A stretch of 64,000 bases of DNA, from the NCBI GenBank assembly GCA_001662655.1, contig KV460263.1, one strand, 5' to 3'. The DNA is from Pseudogymnoascus verrucosus. Taxonomy: Eukaryota. The stretch's first letter is position 1. Each line of letters starts with the position of its first letter. Positions 26,963-38,445 of this stretch are shown piece by piece. The notes under the pieces were generated by a model that saw only the letters and a list, made by a program, of their open reading frames with translations, was not told the DNA's origin and did not search any database. A program made the translations under genes and the position numbers.

Positions 26963-27718
26963 AGTGAGCGAGCCTGCTAGGGGTGCATGGTTGGAAGGAT
27001 ATTGTACGTCTGTTGTAGAGATTGAATGAATACCTGAACATGATGGAAGACTGTCTTGGAAGGGGCTTTTATTGTACATAATTTTACTATTAGTACACTT
27101 ATAACATGACATTCTCCATAAACCACGTTTCTGCACTGTCTCGCTATGACTTGTGGCTACTTCACCATTCTACTCCCACTCTTGTTGCTAAATGCTGTAA
27201 GTGAAAGACTGTCCAGAACACTGGGATAAAGACGCAGAGGCTAGAAATAGAATCCAAAGAGACTATTCCAATAATTTTGCGGGCAGCACAATACGCCTGC
27301 CAATAAATTCATAAACAGCACACTTAAAAGTTTATTTTAGCAAAGATAGATGACATAGACGTAGGCCATTTACGTATGTAAATATAAATATATACAATAA
27401 TGCTAGGTGTATGTGCAAGGATACATAATTTACCAATCCACCCCCATATTTCACCATTGGCTCTAACTAGAGAAGTCCTTCTTACTAAGCACTTGAATTT
27501 CCAATTTATGGCAAGCATTGGCTGTACCACTCGTTGGTTGCTTTGCAAGTGCCACTAGCACAGGTGGTTGGGCCAGTCCAACCGGTGCCTCCACATTGCC
27601 CATAAAGTGGAGAACCAGTGCCAGTAGTAGGAGGAGTCGTAGATGTCTGCTGCGGAGGTGGAGCAGTGGTTGCTGGGGTTGTTGGGGTTGTAGCAGGTGG
27701 GGTGGTGACGCCGCCGCC
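26750..27718. repeat. 213-bp inverted repeat (26750-26962 / 27506-27718) formed by the two LPMO linker-CBM1 regions
   Basis: Manual gapless alignment: 17 mismatches in 213 nt (about 92% identity). Confidence 0.92.
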
Positions 27719-28486
27719 GCCGCTGCAGCTGAAAACCGAAGGGCCGGGAATAGTGTAGGAGATAGGCGACACATAGAGGTTGAAGAGGATTCCTGGATCA
27801 GTGGACTATATCAAATTAGCAATTGTTCATCATTGGAGGATAGTGGACCGTACCTTGTAAGCACCCGGAAGGCTGACAGTCGCAGGGGAAACAGATCCCG
27901 TGCCGCCGGTGACATTGATCTGGGCACATTCCATGTAAAACTGAGCACCATTCGTGCTGCTGGCGGCATGGAGCGCAATGATTTCACCGCGGAGTAGGTA
28001 TTGACCGTTTGCGATGCAAGACGGGATTGTGATAGACTGAACACCGCCATTTGAAATCAACTTATCCACGGCCCAAAGTTTGCTGGAGGAGTCGTAGCCA
28101 TCTTGCGAGATCTTGAACCAACCGCCGCCAATGCCAGTATCAGTCTTCGCATCGGTAACCTTCTTCATGTAGGCCATGACGGGGCCCTTGTGGGACGAAT
28201 CAATGACATCGGAGGAGGTCGAAGTCAGCGTGTGGCGCCAGTAGGTTTGCACGGTTGAGCCCGCCTTCACATCGATAACGACGTTGCTTGGTGTAGTCGG
28301 GTTAGGACCTCCATTGCAGGCGATGTCGCTAGTGCTAACATCTGTGATTGGGCCGTCGTATGAAGGAACGCGGATGCCAACTCCAACACCATTCACAACA
28401 CCGTTAGATACGAGGTTGGTCATGATGGTGTGGGCTGAGGCGCCGGTGAGCGCTGCAGCGGCAACGACTGAGGATGAGAACTTCAT
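27506..28486 (-). CDS. AA9 lytic polysaccharide monooxygenase + CBM1 (type-2/C4-like)
   Basis: [64 protein letters not shown]; intron 27806-27853; C-terminal CBM1. Confidence 0.95.
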
Positions 28487-30344
28487 ATTGAAAATTTGAG
28501 GGCGTGGAGACTGCAGAAAGCAACAAGTGGATTGATACACGAATGGAAAGACGAACAGAACGAGGGATGAGTGAGAAATATAAGAACGAGAGCAGCGAAG
28601 CCTACTGTCAAAGCTCTGTCTTTCACGGCACAGAAAAGCCAGAGACCCGTCTTGGTATTTCTTGGGTACTCTCAGAGTATTGAAGCCCGGCATCTGCACT
28701 GGCGCTGGCGTGTCACCATACCATACTTTTGTTGAAGTTCTTCATCCGCATACGCTAGACCTGCCGATATACCTCCAACGGAACGGCCAGAGCAGCTGGG
28801 CTGTCGTGGCGAGGCGCGGGGCATGAAACCATACAAGGGTACCGGGGATCTCGAAATGAATATTAGCAGGGGAATGAGTGCGGAGGATACTTTCCGCCAT
28901 ATGAGAACCACTCTTTCTGGCACCTCTAATAGCTTGGCGCGTCATGTGTTCTGTATGTGTCGGAGACATTGTCGGTTTTATCCATATTAAACTCATCCAT
29001 ATCGCAAATCCGGGACCCCAGCCCGAATAGCCACGTGATAAGATAGAAGCCAAGCCGGCTCGATCCCGACAACAGCACGGAAGATTGGCCCTTTACCCAC
29101 CCCCTATTAATACATTAGGTTGCACTGATACACGTGTGGCATCTAAGGCGTTCAGACATCAAAATATTGCGTTGTAGTGACGAGTTGGCGGTGTTCCGTC
29201 GCGCCTGATTTTAAAACGCGAATTAGAATTTTTATTTATTTATATAGACTACTCCATATGGGTATTTTTTCCTATTTGAAACTGAAATGGGAACCGTAAT
29301 AGTAATTATTTGTACAATATGGTACCATGATGGTCGTACTCCGCATACTACGGTTATCAAAATGGGAGAAGCGCCTCCAGTCAGATAATTATCTAAGCGA
29401 TTAGGACTAATAAAGTTGATCGAACATACATTTCACCAAGTGAGGGTTTACGCAAAAGTGGAAAGTTCATCGCAGCCTCTCCTCTGCCCTACGCCGACAG
29501 CGGTGGAATGTAGGGGTTGTTTTGTTAAGCCTTGGGCAAAAAGCTTAGGCTCTGATCCTGGTTCCAAACCAGGCATAGTTACAAGGTTGGGCTCAGGTTT
29601 GGGACATAATGGTGGAACATTGTGGACAAGCTGTAAAACCAGAACTAGGTGTACAAAGCCAGCAAACCATGTGTGCAGTCGCTATAATTCAACGCAGGCT
29701 ATCGGAATATTGGATGTCAAGCTCCAGTGACAAATTTGGGCAACAGGGTAAACGAACCGGCTTCCCAGGATCTTCATTCAATGCATATCATCGGGATTTT
29801 CGGGTGCTAAGGTTGGAGCAACTGGAACACACTCTCTCGTGACAGCTGTAGTCATAGGCCTGGCGTACAAGGTAAGCAAGCTGGGATTGTGAGTAGCTTT
29901 ACTCTACAAAATTATATATATTTCAAAGATAGGAAGAGTGCAATAGTTGTCCGTTCGTGATGCTCTTAGTCACTGGTAAATCGCATGTTGATCAACAGCT
30001 TATTTAATTATCATTTAGGGGAGTTCGCGAAGTTAATTGTTTAAATTTATTAGAGAAATTGGATTTCTGTACAGCGCATTGTGTTAAATTTCTTAAACGT
30101 AGGATTCCCAACGTCAGCAAGGTTATACAAGCTTTCTTCTCCGTTACTCGCCTCAATATTAATGTTACCTCGTTTAAGAATTTATGAGGATTCCGTTTGA
30201 GCCACGCATCAGCATGCCTGTGGCTGAATGAGACCTTTTCCATTGAGCGGAAAGTTATAAATTCAGTTCTCATTGCCTTGAAACTCTGGATTAGAACATA
30301 AAAGACCATTTACAAATATTCGCTGCTGCCGAGTATTGTTGAAA

Positions 30345-32199
30345 ATGCATTTAATTCTTGCTTATATTTCTCTTCTCCTTTTGCGTGGTGCGAAGGGAGC
30401 CTCACTCCAAAACTATGCTTCAAGCAACCCTCGAGAATCATTTCTTCGCGAGATCTTAGCTGGATCCAAGTACCCAAATAGCCCCACAACTCCAACCCCA
30501 AGAGACATACCTTTGAAGGTTGGTATTATAGGAGCTGGCGCTGCAGGTCTGTATGCGGCAGTGCTGCTCGATTCTTTGGGTATTGAGTACGATATCATCG
30601 AGGCGTCGGATCGTGTTGGTGGAAGAATCTACACCTATCGATTCAATGAGACTGCGTGGTTGAACTCAACCCCCGACGACCCTGACTACTATGATTACTT
30701 TGTTAGTATAAAACCCATTTTGAATCCGCACTGCTGATATTTTCAGGATGTTGGGGCGATGAGATTTCCAGGCATGGACTACATGGCTCGAATCACAGGA
30801 CCTTATAATAACTCTTTGATACCATACATCAACGCTCATGTTTCATCCCCGAAAGATAAGGTAGTTCAAATACCTTACATATATACGGCGAATAACACAT
30901 TCCGCCTATATAATGAGGTACTTTTGTATAATCAGGTCCCTCCTACTGCGGATGCCTTCAATACCGAACTTACAGACAACGGCACCGTCGACGCACAGTT
31001 TGCTCAACTCGATCCCACGAAGGTGTGGGCATCAGTAACTCAAAAAATGACCGCAGCCCTCTCTGAAACCTTTACGGCAGGGTTTAACTTACTCATGGAC
31101 TACGACTATCAATCTATTCGTTCATACCTGGTATCCCAAGGTTACACTGGCCCTCAAATTGATTGGATGGAAACCATCGACGACGCTACAGATCACTATG
31201 ACATGTATTCGATGTCTCAAGGTGCCCTAACGCAGTGGATCTTCACTGAGTCGAGTATTGATAATTGGACGTGTATTAATGGAGGGATGGACCGTATCAC
31301 GTATGGGATGGAGCAAATTATCAGCTCTAAGCCAATTTTGAATTCCCCAGTTACGGCCATTAAGCCAGCCTCAGGTGGACAACTAAGTCTTGAAATCGAC
31401 AGCGGCAACAGCAAGAAGCGAACATATGCTCACGTTATTTCTACAATTCCGCTTGGGGCACTTCAGATTGTTGATCTAACGGAACTTGATCTTAATTACG
31501 GGCAGAGACATGCGATACGAAAGCTCAACTACGATCCTGCTCTAAAAATTGGCATCAAATTTAAAACTCAATGGTATATATATATCTCGGTATCTTTAAA
31601 AACGTTTATACTTACAGGCAACTAGGTGGGAAAAACTCCCAGCCCCTTTCAAAGGAGGGCAATCATACTCCGATCTCCCTATCCGCCGAAGCGTCTATCC
31701 CAGCTATGGCTTTGACCTTCCTGACGACACTGCGCCAGGCGTAATGATAGCCTCATATATATGGGGTCAAGACTCTACAAGATTAGGGGCGTACCTTAGG
31801 ACCCCCGAAGCTCGAGATACTCTCGTGAAGGTTGTACTTTACGATCTCGCCGCTATGCACAATGTGACATTGGAATTTATCGAGTCTGAGTATCTTGACT
31901 ATTATGCTTGGGACTGGTACCAGAGCGAGTGGTCCGTCGGCGCATTTGCCATATTCAGTGCGGGTCAATATTACAATGTCATGCCATCGCTAATGGTGCC
32001 TGCTGAAAATGGCCATTTGCATTTTGGTGGCGAAGCATTGAGTAGTGGACATGCCTGGGTCATTAGGGCAATCAACTCAGCATATAGAACTGTTCTCGAG
32101 GTGCTGAAGGCAGAAGAGAGGGACGACCTGATCGAGAAATTGGTCCAGACTTGGGGGCCGATGAATGAGGTCGACCTGGGGTGGTATACTCACATTTAG
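30345..32199 (+). CDS. Secreted L-amino acid oxidase / flavin amine oxidase
   Basis: Hydrophobic N-terminus; VGIIGAGAAGL, RVGGRIYT, YF|DVGAMRFP (intron 30702-30746), KIGIKFKTQW|W (intron 31574-31625), HFGGEALS..HAWV. Confidence 0.9.
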
Positions 32200-32443
32200 G
32201 TTTAATCTAGTATAGTTGATCATCAGTAGCAAGTGCCATGTCCTATATTAGTCATTATCCTATAACCCTTGTACTATTATTGCTCACATAATTATAACTG
32301 ATAGGACGGTATCATGTTGCTCGTTGCTCAAACATGTGCCACAACTTATCAAATGCAGAATACGGTTAAGTTTTTGGAACATTAACTTGGAGGTAGATTC
32401 CGAGATCTATATGCTGTCTAATTTGTAGCTCGGACGTTCGACT

Positions 32444-34564
32444 TTATCCCACAACAACAGAGACGTCCAAATCCAAGTCGATTGACAACCCGGCGGTGCT
32501 GCTGGCAGCGTCTGCCAAAATGACATCTGCAGCCTTTTCACCAATCATATACACAGAGGCAACAGGGAAGAACCCTGGGACCTGTGGGAAAACACTGGCG
32601 TCGACGACACGGAGACCCTTGACACCACGGACTCTGAAATTTCCATCTAGAACAGCCATAGGATCGCTGGCCTCACCGATCTTTACGGTGCTGCTAGCGT
32701 GATGACCCCAAGATTCGTTCTTGATGAACTCCTTGACCTCCTCGTCTGTGGTAACATCTGGACCGGGAATGACTTCCGTGAAATCATTGTTCGGTGCAGC
32801 AATGTTCTTGTAGAGCTTGCGCATCCACGCAATACCCTCCACCTGTGGCTGCAAGTCGAGGTCCTCAGCGCCTGCGGTACCAGCATCAAAGTAGTTGAAG
32901 TTAATAGATGGCATGTCAAGCGGGTTGGTTGATCGGAGAGTCACAGTTCCGGCCTTGTTGTGCTCATGCGCCTTTAGGGAGAGCCAGGAGAAATGCTGGT
33001 GGTCCGCAAGTGCTGCAGCAGTGTAGCCCTGGAAATATCCCCAGAATTTAATAGGGCCGCCGAAGAGGAACGTGTCTCTTTGTCCGTTGGCAACAGTGGA
33101 TTTACGGATTGCCGCGACGGGAATAAGATTTGTGCCATAAGTACCCTTTCCTCCAGCAACATTGCTGCCGGTGGTATACTTTGCGTAACAGGCATCGTCG
33201 GCCGTGGAAAGAAAGGTGCAGCCCTCAAGGAATTTGAAATCGGTGTCGTACTTGACAACAGTGGAAATCTCATAATGATCTTGGAGATTAGTTCCAACAC
33301 CTGGCAGATCGGCAACGACATCAATCCCGAAGCTTTGCAGCTCGTCAGCAGGACCGATTCCGGACAACTTCAGGATCTGGGGAGTGTTGAAAACACCAGC
33401 GGAGAGGATAACTTCTCGGGTTGCATCGACGGATCCGGGAGTTCCGGCAGTCGCTGAAGATGCGCGGGGGTCAGCACTGTACTGGCTAGCGCCATCCAAG
33501 AAGTCAACGCCAATTGCAACTGGCGTCGTGTCGTTGGAGAAGCGGATCTTGGTGACAAAGGTGTTGAGCTTGATCTCCAATGCGTATTTCTTGGAGCCAT
33601 CAGCGTTGACGGCGTTGGCAGTGGCAAGCAAAAAATCGCGTGGGCTGCTTCGAATGCTATCTTTGGCCGCAATGGGAAGGCGATAGACGCCATCAATAGA
33701 ATCGCGACCAAGATAGTCGGTGTTCATGTCAATGGGGAAGATTTTCGCTAGGTCCGATTGAGTCTTAATTGTCTTCTGTTTGGTGCCAAGCGTCACAGCG
33801 TTGACTGCACTGTATATGGCAGTGAGCTTGGGGTCCTGCATGAGGAGCTCGTCAGCCGCCTGGCTGACACCGAGCCAACCGTCAAATCCATGGCCAGCCT
33901 TCTGAATAGCGCTAGCATTGGCGAGGTATTGGTTATCCTCAAGGCGTTTCCAATACTTGCGCATGTTTGCTGGAGACCAGGAAGCGTCTCCAGTCAGCCC
34001 TTGAATATGGCTCCAATCCTCTTGGTGAGGATAGACCGTGACCAAAGCGTTATGAGCAGCGCATCCACCGAGAGTAGCTGCTCTTGGGTACCAGATGCCC
34101 TTAAAGGTAGATCCTTCAGGGGGACTTGTCCCGACGTACGTCTCGCCCGAAGGAGTTTCGTAAGTGGCCTTGCTGTTGAGTTTCTCTCTGGCATCATCGG
34201 GGTAATGGCGAACGAAGAAATCCCAGGACATTGGCTCGTATTCGCTCGCGGCCGCGAAGAAAGCTGGGATCGATTCCTGAACGCTTTCGCCCTGGTCGTC
34301 GCCTGCCTCGAGGAGGAGGACCTTGGCGCCATTGACAGCAAGACGTGCGGCAAGCGTTCCACCTCCGGCACCAGATCCTACAACAATGTATTCATAACTG
34401 CCCAAGTCCGCAGCGCTGGCATCGCGCTTCTCGGATTTACTATTGAAGTGGTTAGAACAGAGGCAGCCGGATGTGCGGCAATTGACTTACTCGGAAGTCG
34501 TTGGGACAGATGCAACCAAACTGGCAGCAATCGCAAAGAAGCTGATGGTACGAAGGACGAGCAT
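32444..34564 (-). CDS. Secreted GMC oxidoreductase (AA3 superfamily)
   Basis: Signal peptide exon, intron 34440-34490, KR site, YEYIVVGSGAGGG, YPRAATLGGCAAHNA, REVILSAGVFNTPQILKLSGIG, PGVGTNLQDH, WGHH, LRVVDASVFP. Confidence 0.93.
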
Positions 34565-34720
34565 TGTGAAGGATGGACGCAGAGTTCCCAGGGCCGAAGA
34601 AAATCTTGTCCTAGCTGTTAACGGGGAGCCTGGCCTTTATGTAGGATGGCACTGCCTTCACTTCTAAAAAGTTAACGGCCAAGACTAATGATGTAGAATG
34701 GGAACAGGTGGTGCAACGCC

Positions 34721-35117
34721 CATGCCACGGCGGTGCCGATAGTGGCCAATCTCCATATTGTGTGGGTTATAGTTGCAGTGCAGCCTCAATGCAAACGATG
34801 TGATCGAGTTACCCCTGTGCCAACAATGCCTATCTCAATATTGCGTGGGTTGTAATTACAGAGCAACCTTGACAAAAACGACGCAATCCGTTTACCCCTG
34901 TTCGAATGCCTCTCAGAAACATATGCCACGACCGTGTTGACAGTGGCTATCTCCATGTCATGTGGGCTGGCTTATAATTGCTTAGCAACTTTGATAAAGA
35001 CGGTGTAAACGTGTTACCCACGTGCCAACAATGGCCATCTCCACACTGTATCATGTGGATTATAATTACAACGCATTGTTGGAATGGCAATGTGATATAG
35101 CTGGCCCCTGTTCGAGT
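34721..35117. repeat. Four degenerate copies of an ~85-bp unit in the GMC promoter
   Basis: Cores starting at 34733, 34817, 34934 and 35022 share GTGCCRAYARTGGCYATCTC...TGTGGG..TATAATT...TTACCCCTG. Confidence 0.75.
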
Positions 35118-37134
35118 ATAGCAGTTTATCGAGCACAACTCTGCTATGAGGAGGGGTTTTGGTGCCGCAGAATATAAGGGTTCGACGAAAGTGTCAGCCG
35201 TTGGGGTATCGACTTGGCGGGATATACTATATCGACAGAAGTGGAGAAACCTTCTTGACCTAGTCTCCCCTGACTCTATGTCAGTCCTCGTATTCAGACT
35301 GTACTTGCGCTCCTACTATGCCTTCTGACAACTACCGAAAACCAAACCAAACGTCTAACGGGAGACAATCCCACCGGACACCACATCTAGAGTAACGGGA
35401 GCTTCGGAGATGATTGATGCTGGAACGGGTCTTGTTTAGCACGTGGGGCAACGTTCCCCCAACAAAAGAAGAAGCGCCGAAGTCAGGATTGCCTCCACCT
35501 GTACTCATGGCAGTTCTCCATTATTTCGACTTTTGTGGTATGCGCAGCCGCATAGGACGTGGGGTTGGAGTTGTAGTGTGCCTCGGTCATTGTGCTATTA
35601 TGCAGCGATATGCCGATCTATACCAATATAGTGACGTACTAAGGAGGGGTGTTGCCGCGTGCATCTCTTGGCCAAAAGAGGGGCTGTTAGTAGGTGTTTC
35701 GTATGGCCAAAAAGGGGACAAAAAGAGGGACAAAAGAGAGACGGCTCGGGGGTTTCGCGTGGCAAAGAGGGGCTGTTTCGCCTTCCGCTGCCAGAGATGG
35801 TCATACTATAAGACGCGCTAGGCCCGGATCGATAGCACTACGAATTCCAATAGCCCACTGCAAATTGCAGTCCGATTTAAATAGAAAATTTCTTCGAGAG
35901 TCCACCTGCGGGCATGAAGGCTAGAATGTAAGATATGGAGAGGCGTGCAAAGGTGCGTTTTTCTAGAATACTTCGAAGTCCATGGTATAAAGTTGGAAGT
36001 GGTGGTAGGGATTATTGCAGAGTATACATTGGAATGGTACGTTCTCAATATGGGGTCTTGGCACATGGAGTCGATTTTTTACCCCTCTTAACCTCGGCTG
36101 GCCTTGCCTGTACTACGTTTTTGGCTTTCATCCCCTGTCGTATGGATGGATGCAATGATGGTTTTGTGCCGTTTTTTTTGCGCCATAACACGGCTTGTTG
36201 CCGTGTAACATATATTGGTTCACAGTGATCTCCGGTTCACATTTAGGAAGCTACGATCAGCAGTTCGAGACCGCTGGTCTAAGGGGTGAACGTCGGAGCT
36301 AGATCATGGTCTAGGTTTGAAATTCGGGGTCAACCGCATCGATCGGCATGAGTTACTTATGGTTTATTACAGTCAGCGCGATTCAGCGTCCTAGCAGTAA
36401 CGAGCCATATAAGTTTTGATATAGATTCATGTAAATAGACAAAGTATATGCGACAAAGCGCATTTATAAAGTTACGCGTATAGGTACTTGCACAACTTTC
36501 TCCAAAGCAGGTCGGCCAAGAAACCGTTGGGGACTGGTGGGCTTGGGCAGAACCCCTTGGGGAAGAAAGCGGTGCGGTCCCGTGGATTGGTTTGGGGTTG
36601 GTTCCCCGACGACGTGACGCAAGCCATGGCCAGTATGTCCCAGCTGGGACGAAGGTGGTATAGCAGTGAGACAGCCGTCTGCCGCCGCTTTGATGTTTTC
36701 ATGCATAGCGCAGACCCTATAATATAGGTCCCATGTAAATAAGATAGGCACAAGATAGACGAATTGGGAAGTCCAAGACGATGTAACCCACGGCACTCTG
36801 GTCACCATCACACAAACACATGGAAGAACCAGGGCACCCTACGCACATGCATTTCCATCTTATCTTCCCTAGATCTGACCCCTACCATGCTATCAGTCTT
36901 CCAGGGCAAAAAGCATGGCATCCGCCTCCCAGGATGAAGGATGAATGGACCGTGCCAGACCTTCCACATTCAGCAACTGCAAACCAACAACCCGCGAATC
37001 CTAGCAAGGATATCAGCATCAATAAGACCAAGAAACAATTTGTGAATAGTTCATTTTGGAATCAAGTAAATTAGTTAGCATAAAAAATGGTATCATCGCA
37101 GGTATAATCGCACACACCAATCCTAACAGTAAAC

Positions 37135-38445
37135 TTAATGCCTTGTCTGCGTCATGCCCGTGGTCTTCACAATCCCTCCCTTCCAGGCCGGTGGCTCTTC
37201 GTCACTGCTGTTCCCCCTCAACTGTGCATCGCTGTTGTTCCACCCCGCCGGGTTCGCATTCCCATCATGCGATTCCCTCTTCATGTGCCCGCTCTCCATA
37301 TCCACATCCCCCTGGATGACCGTTGTGACGCCACCGGTCTTGCTAATATCGCTGCGGAGCGCAAACGCTTCGTTCGCGTCCCTGCTGCGGATATAACCCG
37401 ATTTCGGCCAATGGCTCGAGGCTGGGGCGGAGCTGCCACCATTAACAGCCTTGCTACCGGCGAAGAAAACACGGAAGAGCGGGCGCAGAGTGGCGGCGGC
37501 GGAAGCGACAATTCCGATGCCGACCTCAACGGTGGACCAGATGGCAACGTCCATAGTGGAGTAGAGGAAGTCGTTAATGTCGGCCATGCCGCTGATGAAT
37601 GGAATGCGGATGATTGTAGCGGTTGAAGCACTAGGGATGGGTTAGGTCTGATGTGGGATTTGCAGAAAGGAGGTGGAGGATGCTTACATGCAGCCGACGG
37701 CAAGAATAGCAGCGACGGAGAGCTTGGTGCGGCGATTCATTTGCAGGTTCCAAACCATGAAGGCAGGAAGGATGCCAACTGTCCAGTCACCGATACAGGA
37801 GATTGCAGAGTAGCCGTAGAAAGCCTGGACAGTGATCTTCGGGTCGATGCAGGTGCCCGATCCACCAGTGTACTGAGTCCAGAAATATGCCGAGGGACGA
37901 CATTGTAGGACGAAAAGGAGGAAGAAAAACGTAGAGTATGTCTCTGTGACGATAATGACAGTCCAGATGATAATTTTATGGGTCCTGACGACGGCGATTC
38001 GGAGCAAGAAGATTCCAATGCTGAGTTTTAGTGCCATACAAGTCAAGATGTAGGCAGGTTCGCATGCCCACCACCACTGGGAACGAGATTAGCCCAAGCC
38101 CTCGTCTTGCCAATAGGAATTTCTTACCTTTAAGCCCACTGGAAGCACCTCCTTAGGAATATCAACAGCATGCTGGCCAGTTCCATTATGAACGCCCGAC
38201 ATAGCGAAGGTGCTGTACAAGATGAAAAGAATCTTGTGTCTTGTTAGCCTTTGTGCAAATCACATTGGAGATTGGAAAATATGGCGTACCCAAGCGGCGA
38301 GGGCAGTGTAGTCGTCGAGTCCAAAACTCTTGACAATACATATCCGAGTATAGCATCGTAAGATAATTGCGATGGTACTCAATGCAACGAACAAGCCAAC
38401 CGTCCCGAGGAGTTCCGGTCCTCGACCAGCTGGCGTGATTCCCAT
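37135..38445 (-). CDS. PTH11-like (fungal rhodopsin-domain) integral membrane protein, no CFEM
   Basis: LRCYTR...FGLDDY, GTGQH, KLSIGIFLLRI, QCRPSAYFW, LPAFMVWNLQM, IIRIP, WSTVEVGIGIV..AATLRPL; introns 38233-38289, 38077-38127, 37631-37687. Confidence 0.9.

Noticed and set aside
28487..28699. 71-aa N-terminal extension of the second LPMO in the ORF track
   Set aside because: Signal peptide and His1 require the ATG at 28486; the upstream part is promoter/5' UTR.
28880..28897. CGG-N10-CCG in the LPMO promoter as a CLR-2/ClrB site
   Set aside because: Spacing does not match the N8/N11 spacings I recall; single occurrence.
36250..36335. GTTCGAGACC hairpin resembling a tRNA T-arm
   Set aside because: No cloverleaf, A box or acceptor stem.
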